In this document: positions 1-12,499 of the stretch, in pieces | Layout of the letters: each line of letters begins with the position of its first letter | How positions within the stretch are numbered: the stretch's first letter is position 1 | Source: Mobula hypostoma | Lineage: Eukaryota | NCBI RefSeq assembly: GCF_963921235.1 | Contig: NC_086108.1 | Span: forward strand, 55,678,001-55,742,000 | DNA length: 64,000 nt | Direction of reading: 5' to 3' | The notes under the pieces: model-generated | The model's input: the letters and a program-made list of their open reading frames with translations, nothing else | Database searches by the model: none | What the model was told of the DNA's origin: nothing | Program-made: the position numbers and the translations under genes

Positions 1-1425
1 TGGTTGTTTCTTTTCAACTGGTACCAGAAATTTCTGTTTGAGCAATATAAGAAGGTTTCTTACCTGACTCTTTCCTGTAGATTAGCAGGGTTTTGGATCA
101 GTAAGGATCAAAACAAAAAGTCAAGCAGGTGCAACCATTGAGCCGATAGTATATATTGCCTTGGATTTTTTAAGACACAGTTTGTTGTTGTGTTTAATTG
201 CTTGAGGTCCAGAGGCCCTGCAATTTTCACCAATACTTGAGATGTTGTAAGATTATATTCACTGATTTATTGAATGAATGGGTCCCTCACTCATCCCAGT
301 TCCGGTGAAGTACAAACATCGGTGAAGCCTATTTACTAAACAACTGAAATGTGTAGATCATCAGTGTGGCGTATCATACAAACTGCAACACTTCCAACAA
401 AACAGCATTCCCTCACTATTGTAATCTGTTGCCAATTTTGATTATAGAATTACATTCTGAAGCAGGTGCTGCATTACTATCTTTAAATCTGTAAAAAAAA
501 AAGTGCATTCTCATTGTTAGAATAAATTATCCTCTATCTACTATCTTATATCAAACACAAAAGTATAGGACTGCTTTAATTTGGTTCTGGGTAGATACCC
601 TGTGCAAATCCCAAGATAGGTGTAAGGCCTAACGTATACTTAAATATCATGCTCATCATAGAAGCAGTAACTTGGAAATGAGGTGGTAAGTCCTAACAAA
701 TAATTCACTACAACGCGGAGCAAGCGAGCCTCCTCTTGCCCTGGCCAACATGTGCACTTCAGCCTCCATTACTAAATACAGAGAAAAAGCACATTTTCGG
801 GGATTTTGCCATGCAAAAATATTGCATTGTTTTTCCTGTCTGTACACCATTGGCTATAAATTGTTACAACATGTCCCAAGAAAATTGCATCTATATAGTG
901 AATTCTTGTAATTTCCATTAAAGTTGGTAAACTATTAAGAGCAATAGAAAATATGTCTCTTTGAAATATGTGAGATCATCTTCTAAGATTTATTCTGCAT
1001 CTGACTGATCAGTGCCAGATGTAGAGTGCTGAAAGGGTTCTACTTTCCAAAATCAGTAGTTTGGTTAATTTGTTGTTATTGCTGCATGTACTGAGATACA
1101 GTGGACGGCTTTTGTTTTATGTGCTATCCAAGCAGATCATGTCATATGTAATTAGACAGAGATGGTAAAAAGAAAGATACAAGTGTTACAGTAACAGAAA
1201 GAGTGTATTGTTAATTTAACATGGATGAAAGCAACTTCGTGGTTTTCAACTCCCCAGTGTGTAATGCCTGAACTGTATAAACATGGCTGAAGGGTTTTAT
1301 GATTGACAGTTATTCCTGTGAATGTGGTTATTGCATATGTAATATAAGTTAATTATTGAGAAAAGCTGTATGAAATATTGGCTGTTCTTTTTACTCTGAC
1401 GTAGTAAACATATTGTATGAATCAA

Positions 1426-2592
1426 GCACATGCCACACATGAGGCTACTTATCAAGATAAGGGCCCATGGAATTACGGGAAAGTTACATACATGGATAGA
1501 GCGTTGGCTGATTGGCAGGAAACAGAGAGTGGGAATAAAGGGATCCTATTCTGGTTGGCTGCCGGTTACCAGTGGTGTTCCACAGGGGTCTGTGTTGGGG
1601 CCGCTTTTTTTTACATTGTACATCAACGATTTGGATTATGGAATAGATGGCTTTGTGGCTAAGTTTGCTGATGATTCGAAGATAGGTGGAGGGGCCGGTA
1701 GTGCTGAGGAAATGGAGAGTCTGCAGGGAGACTTGGATAGATTGGAAGAATGGGCAAAGAAGTGGCAAATGAAGTACAATGTTGGAAAGTGTATGGTTAT
1801 GCACTTTGGCAGAAGTAATAAACGGGCAGACTATTATTTAAGTGGGGAAAGAATTCAAAGTTCTGAGGTGCAACGGGACTTGGGAGTCCTTATGCAGGAT
1901 ACCCTTAAGGTTAACCTCCAGGTTGAGTCGGCAGTGAAGAAGGTGAGTGCAATGTTGGCATTCATTTCTAGAGGAATAGAGTATAGGAGCAGAGATGTGA
2001 TGTTGAGGCTCTATAATGCACTGGTGAGACCTCACTTGGAGTACTGTGGGCAGTTTTGGTCTCCTTATTTAAGAAAGGATGTGCTGACGTTGGAGAGGGT
2101 ACAGAGAAGATTCACTAGAATGATTCGGGGAATGAGAGGGTTAACATATGAGGAACGTTTGTCCGCTCTTGGACTGTATTCCTTGGAGTTTAGAAGAATG
2201 AAGGGAGACCTCATAGAAACATTTCGAATGTTGAAAGGTATGGACAGAGTGGATGTGGCAAAGTTGTTTCCCATGATGGGGGAGCCTAGTATGAGAGGGC
2301 ATGACTTAAGGATTGAAGGACACCCATTCAGAACAGAAATGCGAAGAAATTTTTTTAGTCAGAGGGTGGTGAATCTATGGAATTTGTTGCCACGGGCAGC
2401 AGTGGAGGCCAAGTCATTGGGTGTATTTAAGGCAGAGATTGATAGGTATCTGAGTAGCCAGGGCATCAAAGGTTATGGTGAGAAGGCAGGGGAGTGGGAC
2501 TAAATGGGAGAATGGATCAGCTCATGATAAAATGGCAGAGCAGACTCAATGGGCCGAATGGCCGACTTCTGCTCCTTTGTCTCATGGTCTTT
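1426..2592 (+). mobile_element. 5'-truncated CR1 LINE with uninterrupted ORF2 C-terminal part
   Basis: ORF 1430-2503 has SGVPQGSVLGP, KFADD and LYNALVRPHLEYC motifs, followed by a CR1 3' UTR and tail. Confidence 0.95.
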
Positions 2593-2724
2593 TAATATGG
2601 TGACATTTAGAAAGTTGAATGATGAATTTAATTTTTCAAGAAACTATAATGTCAAGTTTGTCTTTTAAGCAGCCAGAAATCAGTTCAGAAGGTACATAAA
2701 TACTTACAAGAATCAGTATGGTTT

Positions 2725-2925
2725 GAATTAGGGATTCAGTGCAAGTATAACCTTTTGCATGATGACAATTGGACCAGATCCAGTAGTGGGACTAAAGACT
2801 GAGTTAAATTCAGGGATTCAGTGTAAGTTTAACCTTTAGTGAGATGACCATTGAACCAGATCCAGTAGTGGGACTAGAGATAGAGTTAGATGTGGAGATA
2901 CATTACAAGTTTAACCTTTTGAGTG
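2725..2925. repeat. ~82-bp tandem repeat, ~2.5 copies
   Basis: gggattcagtg at 2731 and 2813; ccagatccagtagtgggacta occurs twice; aagtttaaccttt recurs. Confidence 0.8.
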
Positions 2926-4479
2926 GGGGATTCAACATGTAGGTACAGTGGATTGGGAAAAATCAGATTGGTGCTAGAGACGGTAATCTTCAAAGAAGCT
3001 GGTGACTATAATCTTTTGCTTATTGCCGCAGAGATATACCAAAGATTATGATCTTCTACCATCCAAAGGTAAGCCAGAAATTACTGTTGACAAAGCCTAG
3101 TTTTAGTTAATAAATTTTAAGTAGTATTCCATGATAGGTCTAAATCATATTGAAGATATGGACTTAGCTCTCATTCACTTTAACACTTCTATCTTTGGAG
3201 AGAGAGGAGATCAAGCAGTAGGCTACAAGTTTAATGTTGAGCTAAGAAACTTATGCAGTCGCAAAGCAAATGCTGGAAATCTGAAAATCTTCTAGAAGAT
3301 AATCTTTTATATGTATGACCCTTCTCTCAAACTGCCTTGTTCTTCAGTTCTGCAGAGGCTTATTGCTCTGAAAATTATCCGCCTGTTTATTTGGGCAAAA
3401 CTTCTCAGTCATTTTCTTGGCAATTCGAACTTTACATTTTTATCGTTCATTTATATACCTAATTTGAAGTTAACTATAAAATGATTGTCAGTTCTTTTCC
3501 TCATATGAATTATTCACCTTACATCATTTTCCAGGCTTCATCTGAGCAGTGAAATTATACAGCATAGAAAAAGGCACTTTGGCCCAAATCATCCATGCTA
3601 ACCAAAGTGGCTTCCTGAACTTTTTCCATTTGCAACTTTTCTGTGTTTGGAAATGAATTGACTTTGGAGGTAGCCTTGATATATTATGAAAAATATTTAT
3701 CACTTTGGCCACGCATTACTACTGTCTCGGTGTGCAGTATGTAAACCCGGTTTCAGCATTATAAATCCAGTTGTGTATTTGAAGCAATTGCACTTCAAAT
3801 AGCAACCATGCTATTAGATGCTAAATAATCAACACTATGGGGTAGAATTTATGCCCATGGATTTTGCAATGCCCTTGGTTATTCTTGCTAGGAAAAAGGA
3901 GGAGAAATAGTGTGAATTGTTTGCTCACATAAATTTTCTGTGATTTCATTTAGCATCATAGGAGAATTACTGACGCCCCATGCCTTTCAATTTGTCTTGG
4001 CACGAAGGGGTTTCTCTTTCTATGAAAATATTGTTCACATTTTATTCAGAAACTTAATATTATTGTTGCAAAAATGATGCACAGCATGTCAAAATAAAAG
4101 GGTAGAATTGAAGTTGGTTTATATTTTCTTAAAATTGTGAGTTGAGACTGCAGATTGTAACTTCTATGCTCTAACCTTAATTACATTAGTTGGAATAGTG
4201 ACAAGAATACTATGTTTGCCCTTAATAACCTTTGTTTTGTAGGTGGATAAATTGACCAGTTTTCCTGGTCACTAGATGACATAAACCTTAATTGAAATGT
4301 AAAGTCAGATCCTTATGTTTGCCTAAACTCATAAAATAAAGTTGTAACATCTGCATGACAGGTATTAGGTGCAGAATCACAGCATGACGCAGCACAAAGA
4401 AGTGATTGAGGCATACAGCACAAAACAGGACTTTCAGCCATCACAACCAAACAGAGCACCATGCATTCACTTACACTCA

Positions 4480-6175
4480 TCCCATTTTTTCCCCTTCCAT
4501 CCCTGTGTACTTGCTCGACATAATTCACCTGCTACCCGACTGCACTAGGGGCATATTTTTCACTCTCAATAGTTTTTTCTTTGGCTCCTTCCACTTGCTT
4601 CAAACAAAAGGTGTAGCCATGGGCACTCACATGGGTCCCAGCTATGCCTGCCTTTTTGCTGGTACAGTCTAGGTTCCAAGCCTACACTAATATCACTCCC
4701 CAACTACATTGACGACTGCATTGGGGCTGCTTCCTGCATCCATGCTGACCTCATTGACTTAATCAACTTTGACTCCAACTTCAACCCTGCCCTCAAATTT
4801 ACCTAGTCCACTTCTGACATCTCCTTCCCCCTTCTCGATCTCTGTCTCTATCTCCGGAGACAGCTTATCTACTGATATCTTTTATAAACCCACTGATTCT
4901 CTCAGCTACCTGAACTATACCTCTTCCCACCCTGTATCCTGTAAAAATGACATCTCTCTCTCTCTGAATTCTTCTGTCTCCACCATATCTGCTCTCAGGA
5001 TGAGGCTTTTCATTCCAGAACTAAGGAGATGACCTCATTCTTCAAAGAAAGGGACTTCCCTCCTTCTATCATCAACGCTGCCCTCACCCTCATCTCTTCC
5101 ATTTCGCACACATCTGCCCTCACCCCAATCTCCCTCCACCCTAGCAGAGATAGGATTGCTCTTGTTCTCACCTACCACCCAACCACCCTCCACATCCAGC
5201 ACATAATTCTCTGTAACTTTCTCCATCTCCAGCAGGAGCCCACCACCAAGCACATCTTTCCCTGCACCCACCCCCCAATTTCTGCTCTCTACAGGGATTG
5301 CTCCCACATGGCTCCGCTGTCCATTCATCTCTCCAAACCAATCTCCCTCCTGGCACTTCCCCTTGCAAGCATAACAAGTGCTACATCTACCCTACACCTC
5401 CTCCCTCACCACCATTCAGGGCCCCAAACAGTTCTTCCAGGTGAGGAGACACTTCACCTGTGAGTCTATTGGGGTTATATCTACTGTATCCAGTGCTCCC
5501 AGTATGGCGTCCTGTATATTGGTAAGACCAGACACTGATTAGGAGACTGCTTCACCGAGCATCTACCAGGAATAGCGGGATCTCCTGCAGGCCTCTCATT
5601 TTAATTCCACTTCCTTTTCCCAGTCTGACATGTCAGTCCATGCCCTCCTCTACGGCCGCACTCAGGTTGGAGGAACAACACATTATATTCTGTCAGGGTG
5701 GCCTCCAACCTGATGGCATGAACATTAATCACTCAAACTTCCAGTAATTTCCCCCACCCCTTCACTATTCACCATTCCCATTTTCCTCTCTCACTGTATC
5801 TCCTTTCCCGCTCAACACCTCCCTCCAGTGCTCCTCCCCCTTCCCTTTCTTCCATGGCATTCTGTCCTCTCCAATCAGATCCCCCCTTCTCCAGCCCTTT
5901 ATAGCTTTCACCAATCAACTTCTCAGCTCTTTATTTCACTCCTCCTCCTTGCCCAGTTTCATTTATCACCTACTGCCTTGTACTTCTTCCTTCCCTCTCC
6001 CTGTCTTCTTACTTACACTTCTCATCTTTTTTTCTGCAGTCCTGATGAGGGTTTTAGCCTGAAATATTGACTGTTTACTCTTTTCCATAGATACTGCCTG
6101 GCCTACTGAGTTCCTCCAGCATTTTGTTTGTGTTGATTGGATTTCCAGCATCTGCAGATTTTCTCTTGTTTGCAA
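4480..6175 (+). mobile_element. Degenerate Penelope-like element (RT + GIY-YIG remnants + terminal repeat)
   Basis: QTKGVAMGTHMGPSYACLF and YIDDCIG RT motifs; LYIGKT endonuclease remnant near 5515; 3' repeat carrying a hammerhead core. Confidence 0.85.
6037..6073 (+). ncRNA. Minimal type I hammerhead ribozyme motif (Penelope terminal repeat)
   Basis: CAGTC-CTGATGA-GGG-ttttag-CCT-GAAA-TATT-GACTG: stem I CAGTC/GACTG, intact core boxes, palindromic stem III. Confidence 0.65.
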
Positions 6176-7789
6176 TTTACAATATTTAAATAACTTTTTA
6201 CCCAGCAAATCTTTTCACATGTGGGAGGAAGCTAAAGCACACAGGAGAAACCAGTGCAGTCACTAGTAGAATGTGCAAATAGTCTCGGATGACATCAGCT
6301 ATAGATGATGTTTTTTATCATGTGAGGTCAGAAATGAAAGGAAATAGCCTAGGACGCTGATTGGAAAGCCTCAATCTTGATGATACTGGACTTTTTTTCC
6401 TGCTGCTGGGCCTAGGTACAGTGCTCAAAGGTTAGAGAAATAAGGAAAGAATCTGAAGACCCTTGCATTCCTGGAATAGTAAATAGTTTTGATTGGGAGA
6501 TTAAAGCATGATGCCATAGGTACTTGCACTTGTGCTGAAATTCATCCATGCTTAATTACCTTTTTAACCTCCAGTAGTTCAAATGATCAGGGGGTATTTT
6601 TTCTCTTGCACCGTTATGAAAATATTTTGTAATTTTTCAATCTTCAGAAGTTGACTATAGACATTGACTATAGTTGACTTGGTAACCTGAGAGATTTTAT
6701 TTTTTTTGCCTGGGAACTCTGAGCTCTGGGTTTCTCTGCATGCTGTGGTATTCTAACTGCACAACCATATGATATTTTTTTCCCCTTGGCAATCTTCCCT
6801 GGAAGTCTGTCTCGTGAAATTTTCTTCAGAGTAGTTTCTGAAAGAACTGGTACAATCCATTTTGCAACACCAGTTTCATTTGTCATTGTGTTTCTACCCC
6901 ATATCCTTTTCTGAAACATATTTTGGGAACTTGAAATGAAGTTGCTTAAACAATATGATAAACGGTAAAATTTAAATTCAGCTGAGACGAGATTGATCCA
7001 GTACTTGTATTCAGCTGTATGCCCAGTCAGACACACTGCTGATTTTTGAACTAAGTACAAGCATACCCAATGTGGTCAAAACAGCTGCAACTTGTAACCG
7101 AAACTGGACTGGATTTCTCTTGGTGACGCCTTTTACAGCGACAGGGTCTTCCATTTATACCTTGGAATAATCATTTGAGAGCAAAGGGAGAACGAGTTTC
7201 TCCATCTGGTACTGTAATTGTAGGACTAGCTGTAGGACACATAAACCTATTCAAGGGAATGGGTTCTGGCTTTGAGCATATCAGGAACTGAAATTTTAAC
7301 TGCACAAAAGAATACAATTCAATTGTGCTCCATCTACTTATTGCCAATCTGCTCTGAGCAGTTTGTCAACAACTAAAGTAAGATGAACAAATCCCCGCTT
7401 GGTGCAAACTTCCCCTCAACAGAGTTCAGGAGCATAATAGCTGAAGCTTTCCCTGTTCAATTATTACTGTGAGGTTTCCTTGATGTGTATCTTCAGTTTC
7501 CTTTTCTAAACTCTCTTGGCCGAAAGTAAATGAGGGGATGTGTTTTTCACCTGAATTGCAAACAGCATCATCTACAATTTATGGCCCCTGTGATTTGGAG
7601 TTTCTTTAGTGCTCCTGCTAGTACGTTCATCAGACAGGTCAGCAGTTCTTCTGGTTATGGACTGCTTAATGGAAATTCGGTGGAATCCAAAGGCTAGGCC
7701 CAGTCCAGAAGGCCATAGTGGAATGGGATTTGAGGATGGGGGTTTGGATAATATCAGAAGGAATAACGGGGTGAATGATACAATCTGGT

Positions 7790-8780
7790 AACCATTCCCT
7801 TTGCGTAATAAACAGTATGGTAACATTGGAAACAGTACAAAGGTGATTCACTACGCTGACACCATGAATAAGAGATTTGTCCTAAAAACGAGAGACTAAA
7901 TCGTTGGGCCTGTTTTCCAAAGAGTTAAAAGCATAAGAAGTGGCATTGTTCAAACATGTAAGAAGCTGAAGTGGCTTAGTAGTGTAGGTATTGGGATGCT
8001 TTTGCTTGTGGAAAAGTGCTCAGGAGGACAGTAAACAAGACAAGGGAATAATCATTTAAAACTGAAGTACATAAGGAATTTCTTTTTGCAGAATGTGATG
8101 TATCTCTGGAATTCTCTGCTCCAGTGGGTGATGGAAGCTGGATTATTTGAAGTACTTAAAGTGGAAGTGGAGAAATACTTGATGGTTTGAGAAATAGCAC
8201 AGGAGCTGAATATGACATAGATTGGCCATTATCATAATTGAAAAACATGGAACATAGAACATTACAGTACAGTAGAGGCCCTTCAACCTTTTAAACTGCT
8301 CTATGATCAATTTAACCCTTCCCTCTTACATAGCTCTGCATTTTTCTATCATCTAAGAGTTTTCTAAATACCCCTGATGTCTCTACCATCACCTATGGCA
8401 AGGTGTTCTGAGCACCAACCACTCTCTGTATAAAGAATTTACCTCAGGCAACCCACCACCTAATACAGAATTCCATCAACCTTCATATCATCTGCAAACT
8501 TCATAACCTACCCCTCCATTTCCTCATCAAAGTCATTTATAAAGATCAAAAAGGGCACTGTCTCCAGAACAGATCGCTATGGAATCTGGTCACTGACCTC
8601 AAGGCAGTGTCCATCTGTTATTCCCCTCTGCCTTCTATGGGCTAGCTAGTTCTGTATGGACACAGCTAAGTTTCCCTGGATCCCATGTCTCCCAACTTCC
8701 TGAATGAGCCCTCCATGGGATTACATGGTGGAGCAGGTTTGAAGGACCTGATAAACTACTACTGCTCCTATTTTCTTGTG
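7790..8780. mobile_element. Degenerate + strand CR1 3' end interrupted by a - strand CR1 fragment (~8245-8720)
   Basis: VQRRFT-like remnant near 7835; reversed CR1 tail (catagaaca) at ~8250; tcatctgcaaactt (KFADD, minus); host tail resumes ~8725. Confidence 0.65.
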
Positions 8781-10095
8781 ATAGATTGAACAGCAATAGG
8801 AAATGGCAGCATACACGGAAGGTTGGTGCATCCTGTGAGTTGCTGGAGTTGCAGGGTGTCGGTTGTTCGGAGTATACAAGCGTGATTGTAGGAAGGTGTC
8901 CATGAGTCAAGGGAGCTGTGAGGCTGGGCTTTAGTCTGTAAGTCAACGTTTTTCAGGCTATTAGAGTCAGAATTTGGATTGGGGATCATGATGGCAAATG
9001 GGGGCAAAAAGGTCCTAGTGAAATGATTGGTTGTTATGAACCTGGTTGGTAGAAGGGATTTGGTGAAGGAAACATGTTGAGGGTCATGACCTAAGGAATG
9101 CTGGGAAAAGTGGCCTGAGTATTCCAACGTACATGAATTGGGATCACAACACCAGACTGAAACCTACTCACTGAGATCTCCTTTAATTTACTAGTCGACA
9201 GATGAGATGGTCCTTTGGAAAACAGGATGAATGTTAACTGCCCAACCACAGTCAATTGCATGGGTGGCACTCAGAACTGACATTGAAATGAGAAAGATAT
9301 CATTACTGTACTTTCTGATGTACCAAATAGCTGATTCAGAATGGGAAGTGTCACTTTGAATTGTCCTTGTGGTGTATTGCGATGTAGAAAACATGCAATG
9401 GCTCTGTACTCTGAATATGTCATATCCATTGAGTGAATGTCTAAGCTTTGGTGCTTATTTCCCTTTTTCACTAAATATATATGTATATTACTCTTGATTT
9501 CAAGCAGGACAGAATTTAATTTCTTCCCTAGCCTCAGTATTACAATGCTTCAGGAACTATCTAATGTTTAATGGATTTCATTTTATCTGTTTCCTTCACA
9601 TGTGTAATTCTTTCTGCATACTCATTACTTTCAGTTTTTGTTCAAGTTTTCATTAATCCTCTTGGATTTTGTAAAGTCTCTCTCCAGTATATTGTTCTGC
9701 ATCCTAATAAGTTAAAAAGCGAATTTGTTGTTTTATTTACTTTTACACATCAATTCCATGAGAGGAATCTTATTTTATATTTCTGTATTTTGGGTCATGA
9801 TTACTGAATTCTTTAAGGGCTAATTTCTGGAACACAGACTGCCATAATGCAAGGGTCACCTATCCTACAAACAAGAAAACCAGAAAAGAGAGCTGTTGCT
9901 TGGTCACTCTCATTCACTTATCTGGTGTTAGAACTCTATTGGCTTAGAATCAAGCCATTTACCAAGTTGTTAATTGATCTTTGGTTCAAGCAAAATAAAA
10001 GAAATTTGAGCATTGTAATATGATAGATAATTTTAAAGACGGTTACAAACAAACATGTGCCAATGAAGCATTTTTGTGTGTGCATTTTCTAATAG

Positions 10096-10290
10096 TTTTG
10101 ATGTGGAGAATGGTCCCTCTCCAGGCCGGAGTCCATTGGATCCTCAAGCCAGTCCTGGATCAGGGCTTGTATTGCACACAAATTTTCCAAGCCATAGTCA
10201 GCGCCGGGAATCCTTTCTGTATCGCTCAGACAGTGACTATGAATTGTCACCAAAGTCTATGTCCAGGAATTCATCAATTGCAAGTGAAAT
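10096..10290 (+). CDS. PDE4B: PDE4 (likely PDE4B) first common long-form exon, UCR1 N-part (195 nt)
   Basis: ttttctaatag| acceptor and |gtaagt donor. Translates [64 protein letters not shown], including the PKA site RRES. The [19 protein letters not shown] start is PDE4B-like. Confidence 0.95.
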
Positions 10291-10734
10291 GTAAGTAAGT
10301 TGTAACATCTTAGCACGTTAACACTGGACAAATTTATACTGTGAAACATATTTGCAGGTCAACCATGGAAACAATATTTAAGCATTATCGAAAGCAGTAA
10401 TTTTATGTCATCCGCTTTAATCAAAACTTTCCATTGAGCTTTCTAACCGCTTGGTTCTTTTTGACTGTGTAACATAACTTGATAAAGGCAAGATTACTCG
10501 TATACACTAGCAATCACCTAGTCTCACAACAGCAACCACTGATATGAAATCTTCCCTGAATAATAATCCTTCAAAGTGAAAAGACATTTGTGTTCTAATG
10601 ACAATAAGGATCAATCTTCTCACCAAAGTTCAAAATTCAAATTTATTATCAAAATACATATATGTCACCTGAGGTTTATTTTCTTGCAGGCATTCACAGT
10701 AGTTAGAAAGGAATACAAGGGAATCAATGAAAAG

Positions 10735-10736
<2 letters not shown>

Positions 10737-10789
<53 letters not shown>
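10737..10789. repeat. (CA)n microsatellite inside a reversed LINE tail (~10625-10870)
   Basis: Perfect AC run of ~53 nt; the flank resembles the element at ~60530. Confidence 0.95.
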
Positions 10790-10790
<1 letters not shown>

Positions 10791-12499
10791 CCAATGTGAA
10801 AAAGAAAACACGCTGCACAACTGTTTCCAACTACGTTTTGAAAATCACGCTGTTGAGATTTACTTATACTGGCAATAATGCCCAACTAACAGCATGGTCC
10901 TCAAATCCATCATCACCACCTACTGCACCAGGCACATAGTCAAACACATTTATTGATTATTTCTGGAGTAAATGGTGCTTACAAACTTACAGTAAGAGCT
11001 GATTGAAGGGCATAGCCCATGGAATTACAATTCTATTCTCAAATGAATTGTGGAAATGTTTGAACAAATGTAATGTATGAAAGTTCACCATGATTTTAAA
11101 CAGAACGAGCTTCACCCATGTATTACAGAGATATGAACTATCAATTGACAAGAGCTTATTGTGCAGCTGCAATTTTTAACTTCCTGAACAAGAATTTCAA
11201 AATAGTTAACACATCTATTCTGCTAAGTTCCTTTCTGTGGTGGACTGCTGCATTCAAATTCAGAACACTTTGGCTTCCCCACCATCACCCTATCAGACTG
11301 CAGTTATTTTAATTTTGGTTTCTGGTTTTATAAATCTTTAATCAGAAGGGTGTTTAAGGAAACTCATTGAGTTAAAAAAAAACCTCTACTGAATGATTCT
11401 TTTTATATTCATGCATTGTTCTGAAACTACCAATTCAGACTGAAGTACCCTTTCAAAGACAAGTATTTTGCCTGAATATTCATTTTTATGTGAAGCTAGA
11501 GAATTATTATGAAGCAATATTCATTCACTTATCATGCATGATCACAGAACTGTTACCATTCCATTTGTTCTAGTTTGACCAATACCCAATGAAAATATAT
11601 AATGGATATGGGATTCTAGCTAATTGATTTATCTTCTCCTTTGTCATCAGGCATTATGATCAGATTTCGAACCGTACTATAAACAAAACAATACATTCAA
11701 AAGTCAACCCTGGGACTATTTTATTCTGATGAACCTATTACACAAAGAAATTAGTGACTCCAAGAAGAAACTTTGAGAGCAGTTTATCAATAAATAAGTC
11801 AAAATAAAATTAATGTTTCACTTATATTTCATTAATACTGACCAGACCACATGAGGAACTGGTAAATGATTTGAAAACACTGGCAAACAGACTGTTACTT
11901 TTCTATCTGCTGGCATTTGCACATCTCTGCTTAGCAGTTAGCAGTAATGGAAGTGGAAGCAAGCATTTTAACGTGGTGAACTGGAATGGTAACAGTGCAA
12001 GAAGCACACAAACTGTGTCTGATATTTGGACTACAAGTTTTTGCTAGTTAAGAATCATATTCTATTGCTGGATTAAGAATAAATTTACGCAAGGCTGTTG
12101 CTCATGAGCACTTTACCAGTAACTATTATGTAAAAGTGCACCTGTTGATTACCAAGTAAAGAACTGGGTTAGAATGGGAAGGTCCCACAGCCTATCATTT
12201 TCTGCATATCCAGTCGTACCTCTGATTCTCGTCTTCTAGTAATGAATGAAAGAGACTGCAAATATCCTGTGCCATAAGAACATTTCAACGTATTATTTAT
12301 GAGCAGCATGAACTCAAAATCCCAACTGGTTACTATGACAAACAACAAGTTAGCCTCTGCTAATATCCATGCAACCTGACCCAGGGTGGGATAGTCCTTT
12401 CAGAATCAGAATCACGTCTATTATCACTGACGTATGTTGGGAAATTTGCTGTTTCTGTGGCAGAAGTACAGTGGAAAATGTGAAAAATTATGATAAAAA

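Noticed and set aside
6668..7060. 130-aa minus-strand ORF
   Set aside because: No recognisable motif or splice context; length is compatible with chance.
7657..7787. Possible PDE4B first exon ending ATC TG|gtaacc
   Set aside because: The donor lies in what looks like a degenerate CR1 VQFWSP segment that continues into VQRRFT.
10576..10939. HT/VC-repeat ORFs
   Set aside because: Translation artefacts of the (CA)n microsatellite.
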